Assembly: GCA_035193785.1 (NCBI GenBank)
Contig: CP136572.1
Location: 4,340,578-4,404,577, forward strand
Length of the DNA: 64,000 nucleotides
Reading direction: 5' to 3'
From: Planktothrix sp. GU0601_MAG3
Lineage (GTDB): Bacteria > Cyanobacteriota > Cyanobacteriia > Cyanobacteriales > Microcoleaceae
The notes below the pieces were generated by a model. It did not search any database. It saw only the letters and a program-made list of their open reading frames with translations, and was not told the origin of the DNA. The position numbers and the translations under genes are program-made. Shown piece after piece: positions 44,012 to 56,716 of the stretch; the stretch's first letter is position 1, and each line of letters begins with the position of its first letter.

Positions 44012-45032
44012 ATGTCTGCGACCGACTATAAAGACTACTACACGACTTTAGGACTAGATAAAACCGCGACAGCCGATGACATAAAAAAAGCCTATCGCAA
44101 ACTGGCCCGCAAGTGTCACCCGGACATGAATCCCGGGAATAAACAAGCTGAGGCTCGTTTTAAAGACGTCAACGAGGCCTATGAGGTGTTATCCGACCCC
44201 GATAAACGTCGCAAATATGATCAGTTTGGTCAATATTGGAATCAAGCCGGGGCGACGGGTTGGCCAGGTGGTGCGGGTTCGGGTCAAGACGTTAGCGGAT
44301 TTGATTTTAGTCAATTCAATAGTTTTGATGATTTTATTAATAGTCTTTTAGGTCGTGCCGCCACAGGTACGGGGGCAAGACCCGGAAGTAGTAGCAGTCG
44401 TAGTTATTCCTATCGAAACTCAAACCGGAAACCCTTCGGGATTTGGCGGGAGTCCCTACGGTAATGATTTTGCCTCGGGATTTAACCCTCGCAATCCTCC
44501 ATCGGTCGCCGATACGGAAGCAATTATTACTCTAACTCTGGCTGAGGCTTTTCATGGGGTGCAGAAACGCTATTCCACCGGGGAGGTGACGATTCCAGCC
44601 GGGGTGAAACCTGGGAGCCGGATTCGAGTCCGAGGTCAGGGTCAACTCGACCCCTACAGTCAACAACGGGGGGATTTATACCTGAAAGTAGAAATTCAAC
44701 CCCATGGTTTTTTCCAATTTGATGGGGATAATCTAGTTTGTGAAGTCCCGGTCACTCCCGATGAAATGGTTTTAGGTACATCAATTGAAGTTCCGACACC
44801 CGATGGGGTGGTCACGATGAATATTCCGGCCGGAATTCGTTCGGGACAGTCGTTACGGTTGCGAGGCAAAGGATGGCCAAAACCCAAGGGGGGCGGGCGC
44901 ACGGATCAATTAGTTAAAATTATTGTTGTGCCGCCGAAGGAAATCAGTTCCCATGAGCGAGAATATTATGAGAAAATCCGCTCCACTCGCAAGTTTAATC
45001 CCCGCAGTAGTTTAAAGGACATCAAGCTTTGA
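44012..45032 (+). CDS. DnaJ-class chaperone, CbpA-like without Zn finger (frameshift ~44430)
   Basis: J-domain HPD, G/F-rich linker, GDLYL and LRLRGKG. Confidence 0.9.
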
Positions 45033-45501
45033 TGAGCAGTGGGCAATGGATTCTTGATTTTTATTCCCATAAACGCCGAAAATGCTTACTTTTATATCTT
45101 GACAAAACATAAAAAGTATGTATACAAGGCTCTAAAGGAATCAAAGTCAGCGGTTTTGCTGCTCAAATTTGTTAACTTTATAGATTTTCAAACTCTAGTA
45201 ATATTGCCATAATTGGCGCACAGTAGCAGAGAGATGTGTCCTGTGTGCTGAGAGATTATATAAGTCCCCTTGGGTAACTCGGGGGAGCCTAAAATATAAA
45301 CTCAATCCAGTGACATCGCTCTTTGAAGATGTGGTAGCGGGTTCGTAAGTAGGGGTTGAAGTCAAACAGGGTCGGAATTCCTGTTTTTGTGAAATCCGAT
45401 TCACCCCTACACTTTTTTTTGATCTGGCAGGGAATAGAGAATAATATATAAAGTTCCAATCTATTGATACACTCAACAAAGTGGTCAATAATTGGTTTTT
45501 T

Positions 45502-47188
45502 ATGTCTACTTATGATGCGATTATTATTGGTGCAGGTCATAACGGGTTAGTTTGTGCGGCCTATCTTCTCAAAGCCGGATATAGTGTTTTACTATTAGAA
45601 AAACGTTCCGTTCCTGGGGGTGCCGCCACAACAGAAGAAGCTCTCCCAGAAGACGCTCCAGGATTTAAGTTTAACCTCTGTGCGATTGATCATGAATTTA
45701 TCCATCTTGGCCCGGTGGTAGAGGAATTAGAATTAACAAAATATGGCTTAGAGTATTTATATTGTGATCCCGTTGTGTTTTGTCCTCACCCCGATGGACG
45801 GTATTTTTTAGCCCATCGTTTCCGTGGAAAAAACCTGTGCGGAAATCGCCCGATATAGTGAAAGAGATGCTCAGAAATATAAGGAATTTGTTGAATATTG
45901 GCAACGGTTAATGGGTGCGGTGAGTCCCTTATTTAATGCTCCTCCGACTTCAATTATTGAGATTGCTAAAAACTTTGATCGAGATTCTTTTCTGGATTTA
46001 TTAGCCCTATTAGGAGGAACGGATAAAATCTTAGATTTTGTCAGAACTATGTTAATTAGTCCAGAGGATTTAATTAATGAATGGTTTGATACGGAAATTG
46101 TTAAAGCACCTCTGGCTAGATTAGCTTCGGAAATCGGCGCTCCGCCCTCTCAAAAAGGTATTTCTGTGGGGGCGAGTATGTTAGCCATGCGCCATGACCC
46201 CGGGATGTCTCGCCCTCGGGGTGGTACCGGGGCATTAACTCAAGCTTTGGTCAATTTAGTTAAACATTTGGGAGGGGTGATTTTAACAGAAACTCCGGTA
46301 CAAAAATTATTAATTGATGACGGTCGGGTTGTGGGGGTGCGGGTTTCAGACCATCAAGAATATCGAGCTAAACGGGGCGTGGTTTCTAATATTGATGCTC
46401 GACGTTTATTTTTACAATGTGTTGACCCGACGGATATTGATGGGGCTGACCCGAATTTAAGAGAACGCTTAGAACGGAAAATTATTAATAATAATGAAAC
46501 TATTCTTAAAATTGATTGTGCTTTATCAGAACCCCTACGATTTGATGGTTATAATCATCAAGATAGCTATTTAATGGGCTCGGTTTTAATTGCCGATTCG
46601 GTAAATCATGTTGAAAAAGCCCATAATTTATGTACTGTGGGGGAAATTCCCGATCAAGATCCGTCGGTTTATTTAGTTGTACCAACGGTATTAGATCCCT
46701 CGATGGCTCCTGAAGGAAAACATACCTTATGGATTGAATTTTTTGCCCCCTATCAAATAGCAGGAGCCGAAGGTACGGGGTTAAATGGAACCGGATGGAC
46801 GGATGAGTTAAAATATAAAGTAGCGGATCGGGTGCTGGATAAAATTGCTGAATACGCTCCAAATATTAAGCATTCAGTTTTAGCCCGTCGGGTGGAAAGT
46901 CCGGCGGAATTAGGGGAACGTTTAGGATCTTATAAGGGTAATTGCTATCATATTGATATGACCTTAGATCAAATGGTTTTTTTCCGTCCCCTTCCTGAAT
47001 TAGCCAATTATACTACCCCCATTCAAGGTTTATTTTTAACGGGTGCAGGAACTCATCCAGGGGGGTCAATTTCCGGGATGCCTGGTCGCAATTGCGCTCG
47101 GGTATTTCTCCAGGCTCAAAAACCACTAAATCAAGTTTTAAAGCAGACTCAAAACACTCTCAAGTCTGTCTGGAGTCGTTTTAAGTAG
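45502..47188 (+). CDS. crtO: Beta-carotene ketolase CrtO-like FAD oxidoreductase (frameshift ~45820)
   Basis: GAGHNGLVCAAYL, GFKFNLCAIDHEFIHLGPV, HTLWIEFFAPY and GAGTHPGGSISGMPGRNCA. Confidence 0.85.
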
Positions 47189-47318
47189 AGCCGTATTTAA
47201 GGTAATTGGGACATCAATTAAGATCGTTAAACTCCGGTCTGGTTAGACATTTTTGATTGCTGTTCCCCATTCCCTGCTATAACAGAAATACAGTTAGTAA
47301 ACCATCAAGCCAAATGTT

Positions 47319-47789
47319 ATGAAGCCACTTGAAACCAGTTCTAATTCTATATTAATGAGTCCCCGGGAATTATTGGATCGTTATGCCGCCGGAAAACGGG
47401 GTTTTATTGGTGTGAATTTACAAGGGGCTGATTTAAAAGGAGCCGTACTAAAGGGGATTTTACTTTGGCAAGCTAATCTCAAGTCCGCTAATTTAAGTGG
47501 GGCTGATTTAAGTAATGCTCATTTATTTGCTAACTTAATTCAAACTAATTTAAGTGGTGCTGATTTATCAGGTACTAAACTTATTTATGCGGATTTAAGG
47601 AAGGCGGATTTAACCTGTGCTAAGTTATTTAAAACTAATTTGAAAGGGGCAGATTTAAGGGGGGCGGATTTAAGGGGGGCTAAGTTAATTTATACTGATC
47701 TTGATGGTGCTAATTTAAAAGGAGCTAATTTAAAAGGGGTGATTTTATTCACTGTTAATTTGAATCAAGCGAATTTGGTGGGAAACTGA
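47319..47789 (+). CDS. Pentapeptide repeat protein (may extend past an indel at the 3' end)
   Basis: ELLDRYAAGKRGF followed by A(D/N)LXG repeats. Confidence 0.9.
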   Translation: MKPLETSSNSILMSPRELLDRYAAGKRGFIGVNLQGADLKGAVLKGILLWQANLKSANLSGADLSNAHLFANLIQTNLSGADLSGTKLIYADLRKADLTCAKLFKTNLKGADLRGADLRGAKLIYTDLDGANLKGANLKGVILFTVNLNQANLVGN

Positions 47790-47900
47790 TTTAAGCGAAA
47801 CTACCTTGATTAAAACGGATACTAAGTCGGCCATTTTATCGGAATCTGAGGAAAATCAAGATATAAAATATTAAGGTTTTGAAACTTTTCTAAATATTCG

Positions 47901-48809
47901 TTATAATATTTTTAAGTTTAAAATGGTTTCTAAGGTTAATTGTAGATTGGTTTTAAGTTGGTTTTGTGAATGGCGATCGCTTAAGTAATCCAGATGTTTA
48001 TGTTCTCCGGTAGAAATTATAAATAAGCGTTTTTCCTGCTGTGCTTTCGTAAAAGCTGTTGAAATATTCCCTCGATTTAGTAATATTATTTCAGCTAATT
48101 TTGCCCAATGATCTTGATTTCCCAACAGATGAAAAAATTGATCGACATCATTTAACCCAGGAGATAATCCAAACACACCTCCGTAGGAAATAATCATCAA
48201 TTTACAGGGAAGATATTTTTTTAAATGGGGTAGGGAAGCTAAGGCCATTCCCGTCCCGGTACTTCCTGATAAAAATATTAATTGACTGGAGTTTGATTTC
48301 GGTAAACCGATGGGGTTCAATAGACAGTGAGCGATGTCTTTTCCATAGTAATTTGTGAATCCTAAAATTAGTATAGTTTGCCAAAAGTTATGTAAAGACA
48401 TCACCCATAAAGGTAGGGGTTTGAGGTGTAAAATATTCCAAATTTTAAAGATAATTGAGGTTTTATTTGAAAAATGTTTCCAGGGGAAAGGTTCTGCAAT
48501 AATCCTATCAATAGCATAGACTTGGCTAATTTTATTAATCAAATCAATTTGCTCTGGATCTAAACTTTCTTGGGTATAGTCACTAATTCCGGTAATGAAA
48601 ACTAACGCCGTTTCCCAGGGTGGGGTTGCGGTTGGGATGGTGGGGGATTTTTGCCGCCAAGTAGACCACCATAATAGGGTTTCTAGGGCTGTGAATAATA
48701 GAATTAGGGCGATCGCAGTTAATACAATTGTAATCATTAATAACATAGGCAATCGAGAAGATATAAAATCTGCAATCAACAGGCTAAAATTGTAAACTAT
48801 TGATCCCAT
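47901..48809 (-). CDS. Hypothetical membrane-anchored protein, possible alpha/beta-hydrolase-like fold
   Basis: N-terminal TM, LVFITGI and SGSTGTG segments. Confidence 0.6.
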   Translation of the reverse strand: MGSIVYNFSLLIADFISSRLPMLLMITIVLTAIALILLFTALETLLWWSTWRQKSPTIPTATPPWETALVFITGISDYTQESLDPEQIDLINKISQVYAIDRIIAEPFPWKHFSNKTSIIFKIWNILHLKPLPLWVMSLHNFWQTILILGFTNYYGKDIAHCLLNPIGLPKSNSSQLIFLSGSTGTGMALASLPHLKKYLPCKLMIISYGGVFGLSPGLNDVDQFFHLLGNQDHWAKLAEIILLNRGNISTAFTKAQQEKRLFIISTGEHKHLDYLSDRHSQNQLKTNLQLTLETILNLKIL

Positions 48810-48852
48810 TAGCCATTAAAATTATAGGTGATACCTTCATCGCACCTTCCTA

Positions 48853-51050
48853 ATGTCCGTGAATCCGAATCAATCCTCCGATCCTTTGACCGCAATGCAG
48901 CCCGATAGTCCCCAAGGGTGGATACAATTGGCGGAAACCTATTATGCTCAGAAATCTTATGAAACCAGCGATCGCAGCCTGTCAAAAAGCGATCGCAATC
49001 GAGCCGAATGAGTCACTAACCTATGTGACCATGGGGAATATTTATCAAGCCCAGGGTAGAATTCAAGAGGCGATTCGTTCCTATCAACAAGCATTACAAA
49101 TTAACCCTAATTTAGCCCAAGCTCATGTTAATTTGGGGAGTATGTTTTATCGCCAGGGACAACTGGAATTAGCCATTAATAGTTATCGTCAGGCGGTCGA
49201 TTTACAGCCGGATTTAGCCGCCGTCCATTGGAACTTAGCTCAAGTTTTAAAACACTTAGGAAAGGACGGAGAGGCTCAACTTTCAGAGCAACGCGCCTTA
49301 GTCCTAAATCCTGAATTGGGAGGGGCAGATTTTCTATTTAATCAAGGGAATCAATTAGCCTCCCAGGGAAAAATTGAAGAAGCGATCGCCCTTTGGCAAA
49401 AAGCCATTGAGTTTCGCCCTGATTTTGCTGAAGCCTATGGTCAAATGGGGATGGTTTTACGACATCAAGGGAAATATAAAGAGGCAATTCCTTTATTACA
49501 AAAAGCACTGGAAATTAAACCCAATTTACCCTTAGCTCATCAACATTTATGCGGGATTTATCGTGATAGTAGTAATTTAGCTGCCGCCCGTCAAGCGGTG
49601 GATCGGTATGTGGAATATTGTCGTGAAGTTGACCCGATTATGTCGGCAATTTATAGCATTAGCACCTATCAAGTATCGGGGTTAAATCATATCGCTAAGG
49701 ATCGGTTTTTGAAATTAGAATCCCAACTGCATTCTAAATTAGATCGAACGACTTTAGTAGAAATTAAATCCCTCTATTCTAATTTACTTTTTAGTATGCC
49801 TTATTTAAGGGATGATTTGGATAACAATATTAAGCTCCATCATCGAATTACTAAAAAATATATTGAGAAAATTCTCAAACCCAAATATCAAAATATTTCC
49901 GATGCTATTCCGGCTACATTTCCCCATTCTCCGTTAAGAATTGGAATTTTGTCCAGCCATTTTAATCGTCATTCGGTGGGTTGGTGTAGTTTGGATGTGT
50001 TGCGGGAGTTATCGAATTTACCCGTTAAACTCTATTTTTATTGTACGGATCGTCTCCAGGCGGATGATCGGACTCCGTTATTTGAAGCGATCGCCGATAA
50101 GTTTTTTATCCCTAAATACTATCCGAATGGATTACCAACACCTGAAGAAATTATTCAAGAAATTACTAATGATCAAATTGATATTATTTTAGATTTAGAT
50201 GCTTTGAGTTTACCAATTCATGGAGATATTTTTTATCAGAAACCCGCTCCTATTTGTATCTCTTGGTTGGGATTTGATGCGTTACAAATCTCTAATCAAA
50301 CTTATTTTTTAGGGGATGAATTTACCCATCCCAAGGGGACGGAAAAATATTACACGGAACAATTGTTAAAAATGCCGCATTCTTTTATGGCGGTTTCTGG
50401 GTTTAACCGAGTTGAAACTGATCCAATTAAATTTCGACAAATCTATCGAATTAGTTCGGATCAAATTGTTTATTTATCCGTCGCATCAGGTCGGAAATTT
50501 AATGTAGAATTAGCCAAAGCTCAAGTGGAAATTCTCAAGCAAGTTCCCGATAGTATTTTAATTTATAAGGGTTTGGCGGATCAAGAAGTTATAATTTCAA
50601 CCTATCGTCAAATTTGTGATGGGTTGGGAGTGGGGAAACATCGGATTAAATTCTTACCGCGTTTTCCCAGGGAAGAAGAACACCGTCAAGTTTATGCTAT
50701 TGCGGATGTTTTCTTAGATTCCTATCCCTATAATGGCGGGACTCATAGTTTAGAAGCGCTTTGGTTTAATGTTTCCTGTTGTGACTCGAAAAGGGGAACA
50801 ATTTTTATCGCGGATGGGTTATTCTTTTTTACAAGGATTATCTATTCAAGAAGGAGTTGCTGAGTCTTGGAAAGACTATATTAACTGGGGGGTGCGTTTC
50901 GGTCAGGATAGGGTTTTGAGAACATTAGTTCAAGAAAAGTTAATTCAATCTAAGCAATCTGAATCTTTGGCTGCTCTTTGGAATCCTCAACAATTTGCTC
51001 AGAATTTGTATGATATTTTACAACAATTAATTATGCAAAAAACTGCCTAG
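48853..51050 (+). CDS. TPR-containing O-GlcNAc transferase, SPINDLY/GT41 family (indels ~48965 and ~50772)
   Basis: TPRs, LRIGILSSHFNRHSVG, DQIDIILDLD, KPAPICISWLG and DVFLDSYPYNGGT. Confidence 0.9.
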
Positions 51051-51140
51051 ATGTAGGGGGAATTGATGAATTCCTCCTAAAGATTGTAAAGAATTGAAAC
51101 GTTCTCTTGTTTATTGGGGCAAGGGGACTTAAGATTAAGG

Positions 51141-51348
51141 CTATGGTTTTCGTGAACCTAAGCGGGGGCTAAAACCTGGGGGGGTTCACGAAAAACCCTA
51201 GAACCTTGACAAATCAATAGTTTATATTTTTGAGTCCGGTTAGTTATTGATAATCTGTTGCAATAACGAGGGCTGAAATGAGGCAATTTTTGAGGTTCAC
51301 GAAAATGGGCTCCAGAATGACTGCTTCATCAGGGTTTCAGACGGCAGA
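51141..51348 (+). promoter_or_regulatory. CRISPR leader
   Basis: Inverted repeat TTTTCGTGAACC/GGTTCACGAAAA (51147/51183), a second GGTTCACGAAAA at 51294, TTGACA at 51206; abuts the first repeat. Confidence 0.8.
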
Positions 51349-52892
51349 GTTTCAATTAAAATAATCCCGCTTGCGGGACTGAAACATACTAAACGTTCCT
51401 CTAATCCCAAAACTCCAGGAGTTTCAATTAAAATAATCCCGCTTGCGGGACTGAAACATTTATGAAAACTGACAGAATTAATTATTACGAATCTTCGTTT
51501 CAATTAAAATAATCCCGCTTGCGGGACTGAAACCATTAGTCATAAAGTCGAGACCAGGGACAGCAGCCTGACCTAGTTTCAATTAAAATAATCCCGCTTG
51601 CGGGACTGAAACTGGATGATATTGATAATAGTCCCTCTGATGTTATGTTTCAATTAAAATAATCCCGCTTGCGGGACTGAAACTTTGATCGCATCTTCGC
51701 CACTCTGAATCGTCATTAAGTTTCAATTAAAATAATCCCGCTTGCGGGACTGAAACATTTCTATTTTCACCGGATTCCCCGGCGCATAAAAATGGTTTCA
51801 ATTAAAATAATCCCGCTTGCGGGACTGAAACAGTTTTGGGCTTGGGTCGATAACGATGAGTTGCGATCTAAAGTTTCAATTAAAATAATCCCGCTTGCGG
51901 GACTGAAACGATTTTCAATCCTCTGAAGTGGCCCTAATTTTGGGAGTTTCAATTAAAATAATCCCGCTTGCGGGACTGAAACACTAATCTCTTTTTTTTC
52001 TTATTGCACTCACCCAGAGTTTCAATTAAAATAATCCCGCTTGCGGGACTGAAACTAATGCAAAACGCAACCAGCTATTTTATCAAAGGGGGAAACGTTT
52101 CAATTAAAATAATCCCGCTTGCGGGACTGAAACATAAACGAACTGAGTTAAAGCCCTAATTTGGGCATCAGTTGTTTCAATTAAAATAATCCCGCTTGCG
52201 GGACTGAAACAACAATGGGTAGTAAGTTGGCTTTGCCATGAGCTATGTTTCAATTAAAATAATCCCGCTTGCGGGACTGAAACTCCGACAATGTTGCGCT
52301 GTCCAACTTCTAATATCCGGTTTTGGTTTCAATGTTTCAATTAAAATAATCCCGCTTGCGGGACTGAAACCATATTTCCAAGGCAGAAGCCCCGGAAGAT
52401 ATCAAGAGTTTCAATTAAAATAATCCCGCTTGCGGGACTGAAACACGCTTTGATCGCCTTGCTTACCTTTGTTGGTATCAGTGATTGTTTCAATTAAAAT
52501 AATCCCGCTTGCGGGACTGAAACATCACCCAGTCTTCTGATTTGGCGGCTCAATTGTCAGGTTTCAATTAAAATAATCCCGCTTGCGGGACTGAAACTCG
52601 TGAAAGTTTAAGCCAACTTTTTCGGCAAATTCTTGGTTTCAATTAAAATAATCCCGCTTGCGGGACTGAAACGAGATAATAGTAATAGTAGCGTTAAGGT
52701 TGTTGTTGGTTTCAATTAAAATAATCCCGCTTGCGGGACTGAAACTGTTTGTTGAATGCGTTTGTTTAGTTTGCTTAACACCGTTTCAATTAAAATAATC
52801 CCGCTTGCGGGACTGAAACAATCCTGTTAATATTATAGATTCTGATTTTGTAACACTTTCAATAATGATAATCCCGCTTGCGGGACTGAAAC
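51349..52892 (+). CRISPR. CRISPR array: 21 x 37-bp repeat GTTTCAATTAAAATAATCCCGCTTGCGGGACTGAAAC, 20 spacers of 34-50 nt, last repeat degenerate
   Basis: Direct reading; TCCCGC-TT-GCGGGA hairpin, GAAAC 3' end, terminal repeat begins CTTTCAATAATGAT. Confidence 0.99.
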
Positions 52893-53002
52893 GAATCTAA
52901 ACCTTAGTCCTGACTGATATGAAAAAACCAGAAGTATTACCCCAGATTAGGATTGCTATACAGATTATAGTTAATTTTCAAGAATAGAGGAGTCTATTTT
53001 TT

Positions 53003-54137
53003 GTGGAAGAACGAACATACTGGTTAGCATGGTCACAGATTAATGGGGTAGGTTCTATATTAATTCAGCGTCTCAAACAGCATTTTCAAGCATTAGAAAT
53101 TGCCTGGGAAGCAAAGGTAAATGAGTTAATGTCAGTTGAGGGTTTTGGCAAGCAAACAGCCGAGAAAATTGTCCAACAGCGATCGCAAATTAATCCCCAA
53201 GAATTATTAGAACAACATACCGCTAAAAACCCCTGTTTTTGGACTCCTGCCGATGCTGAATATCCCCGATTATTATTAGAAATTCCCACCTTTCCGCCAG
53301 TTTTATATTATCGGGGAAAGGTTGAAACCCAGGAAAATCAGGGCATAACTCCGACGGTTGCGATAGTGGGAACCCGTACCCCCACGGAATACGGTTGTCG
53401 CTGGACTCGTCAAATTAGTACGACCCTAACCCGTCGGGGATTTACGATTGTTTCGGGGATGGCGGCGGGAATTGATACCCAAGCCCACCGCAGTTGTTTG
53501 GAGGTAGGAGGACGAACTATTGCAGCGTTAGGAAACTGGGGTAGATATTGCCTATCCCAAGGAAAATCGTCAACTTTGTGAAGCGGTGATTAATCAAGGA
53601 TTATTAGTTAGTGAATATCCCTCGGGAACTAAACCGAATCCCCGTCATTTTCCCCAACGAAATCGGATTATTGCGGGGTTAAGTCGGGCTGTTTTTGTGA
53701 TGGAAGCTCCCCAAAAATCCGGGGCATTAATTACGGCCCATGTTGCTAATGAATTCTGTCGAGATGTTTATGTTTTACCCGGTCGTTTGGATGATCAAAA
53801 TTCTCAGGGATGTTTGAAATTAATTAATGGTGGGGCGAGTCTAATTCCGGTTAATTTGGATGAATTACTGGAACAATTGGGAGCCATGCCACCTTTAGAT
53901 GAACCGCAACAATTATCTTTATTTGAAATTCCGGTTCAACCCCCAAAATCTATACCCGATTTAGACCCCGAATTATCTAAAGTATTACAAGCACTTTCAT
54001 CGGAACCGATGGCTTTTGATCAAATTATTGTTAATCTGAATTTAGATGCTGGCAACGTATCCGCAGCATTATTACAATTAGAATTATTAGAATTAGTGGA
54101 ACAATTACCAGGAATGCGATATCGAAGATTGGCGTAA
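53003..54137 (+). CDS. dprA: DNA processing protein DprA (frameshift ~53535)
   Basis: YPRLLLEI, VAIVGTR, IVSGMAAGID, FPQRNRIIAGLS and SGALITA. Confidence 0.95.
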
Positions 54138-54188
54138 TCTAATGAATATTGCCGAGAATTTTGGCTTCACTGACCCGGTTTTTTAAAG

Positions 54189-54828
54189 TTATTTTTGCTG
54201 AAATTCAGTTCTCAGGTCGCGTAACATTTTGCTAGTTCCTGTATCAATAGCTTTTTGCACCCATTGGGGAATAAGTTCCGTTAGGGATAACTCAGGAAAG
54301 GTAGGACTATTAACAGTTTCAGTGTAACCTTGATCAGAAAGTAAGTAAATTTTTAACTGTTGATTTCGATAAATCCAAACTTCAGGAACCCCGATGGCTT
54401 CGTAGACATCTAAAGTCGTTTTAGAGGTGACATCCGCTTCTATTGCTAAGTCTGGGGGTGGATACTGTTTTAAATCTAAGTTGGTACAACCTTGCACCCT
54501 TTGGGCATTTTGGATATAAAAGCAGGTATCGGGTTCTATTCCAGCAATGGGGGGACGTTTGAGGGTCGTTGAACCAAAATCCTCCCAGTCGCGCCCTTGA
54601 ATATCTAAAATCGCTTTAAGGATATCGGCGATAATCCGATGGGGGCGTTCATGCAGTGCCAAAGGGGACATAATTTCTAGGGTTTCCTCGGTAGTAGGCA
54701 ACGCGACTGTTGCGTTTTTCTCCTAAGTCGATCAGAATTTGCTCAAAATCCTGCCAGGATAGGTTAGAAATAGTAATCTGGCTACCCGGAGTGAGTTTAA
54801 TGGCTTGAATAGGAAAAGTTACACTCAT
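54189..54828 (-). CDS. Uma2 family endonuclease (frameshift ~54685)
   Basis: SWQDFEQIL, LEIMSPL, IEPDTCFYI, PPPDLAIE and YEAIGVPEVW. Confidence 0.9.
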
Positions 54829-54895
54829 GTTTTTGCCTTGTGTTAATTCCTGGGCTTTCTCCTTAATGTTAATCCTCGAAACCCATCCTACGCCT

Positions 54896-56603
54896 TTATT
54901 TTCTTTTAGTATTAGCTTTTTTCTTGGCATCTTTAGCCGCCTTTTTAGCCGCTTTCTCTGCTTCTAATTTGGCTAACTGTGCCTGTTCTTTTTCCTCCGC
55001 TATTTTATCGAGATAATAGTGATAATCCCCTAAATAAACCCGAAACTCTCCATCCCGAATTTCGACGATTTTATTAGCAACTTTAGAGATAAAATACCGA
55101 TCATGGGAAACAATTAAAACTGTGCCATCGTAATGTTGGATGGCTTCCTCTAACATTTCTTTGGCGGGAATATCTAAATGGTTGGTGGGTTCATCTAAAA
55201 TTAAGCAATTTACAGGTTGTAGTAATAATTTTGCTAGGGCTAAACGGGCTTTTTCCCCTCCACTTAAAGCATTAACCTGTTTTAAAACCGTATCTCCACT
55301 AAATAAAAACCGTCCCAACAAAGTCCGAACTTCTTCATTTTTCCATTCGGGAACTTCATCATGGATAGTATCCATAACGGTCTTTTCTAAATCTAAGGCT
55401 TCCGCTTGATTCTGTTCAAAATATCCTGGAATAACGTTATGTTCTCCTAAACCAACCTTGCCCTCCGTTGCTTCTTCTAAACCCATAATTAAACGCAGTA
55501 GGGTAGATTTTCCGCAACCATTCGGCCCTAAAAAGGCAATGCGATCGCCCCTTTCTACTAATAAATCCGTCCCTAAAAATAAAACTTTATTATCATAGAA
55601 ATGGGTCAAATCTTGAATATTTACCACTTCTCGACCACTTCGCACCGAAGCCGGAAATCGAAATCTTAGGGTCGGAGAAGAAGAACTGGGGGCTTCAATT
55701 CGTTCTATTTTATCCAGTTGTTTTTCTCGGCTTTTAGCTTGGGTACTGCGGGTGGCACTAGCCCGAAATCTTTCGACAAAAGCCTGTTGTTTTTCTAACT
55801 CTTTTTGCTGCCGATCATAGGCACTTAATTGAGCTAATTCCGCATCTTCTTTTTGTTGTAAATAAGCCGAATAATTCCCTAAATAGGTTTTAGAAACCCC
55901 CTGTTCTGTTTCCACAATTTGGGTACAGAGACGATCTAAAAATTCTCGGTCATGGGAAACAATCACCATCGGTGTTGTTAAGCCTTTGAGATAAACTTCT
56001 AACCATTCAATGGTTTCTAAATCTAAATGGTTAGTCGGTTCATCTAATAATAATAAATCCGGTTCTTGGAGTAAAATTTTACCTAAACTCATACGCATTT
56101 GCCAACCGCCACTAAAGGCACTGACTAAGCGATCGCCATCTTCCGACTCAAACCCCATTTCCGGTAAGATTTTCTCAATTTGAGACTCTAAGGTATACCC
56201 GCCAATGGCTTCAAAATCCCGATGTAGACGATCTAATTTTTTGATTAATTGATCTAACTCCTCTGGACTGGCGGTTTGCATTTCATGTTGTACCTCGGTC
56301 AAGGATTCTTGGATTTGATTAGCTGCTTTAAATACCGTCCAAAATTCCTCCCGCACCGTATGGGTAGGGTTAACTTCAAATTCTTGGGTTAAATAGGCAA
56401 TTTTCAAACTGGCTGGACGAATAATTTCCCCCGAAGTCGGTTTCCATTTCTCCGGCGATAATTTTTAATTGCGTTGATTTTCCCGCCCCATTTACCCCGA
56501 CCAAACCGACGCGATCGCCTGGTTTAACTTCCCAATTCACATCTTTCAGAACTAAACCCGTAGAATAAATTTTACTGATATGCTCAAGCCGTAACATTGC
56601 CAT
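54896..56603 (-). CDS. ABC-F family ATP-binding protein (frameshift ~56440)
   Basis: Two ABC domains (GVNGAGKST, GPNGCGKST, SGGW, LDEPTNHLD), no TM. Confidence 0.93.
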
Positions 56604-56716
56604 TCTCCTTTTAGAATAAAATGAATATTGTCTTAATCAATTGCAATAAATTTAACGATTTCTAACTGGATTGACTCTAATTTTTCAGAATAAATTTTAA
56701 GTCAAAAAACATTCTT

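Noticed and set aside
51930..52166. Shared GCCCTAATTT(T)GGG in spacers 8 and 11
   Set aside because: The match is too short and the flanks are unrelated, so a common target cannot be supported.
51297..52423. Short ORFs within the CRISPR array
   Set aside because: They are artefacts of repeat translation.
52820..52832. Self-targeting of spacer 20 to 43918 (AATCCTGTTAATA)
   Set aside because: Only 13 AT-rich nt match and the rest diverges, consistent with chance.
40937..52892. IsrB acting as the effector of the CRISPR array
   Set aside because: They are 9 kb apart with unrelated genes between, IsrB has its own omegaRNA, and I saw no anti-repeat in the scaffold.
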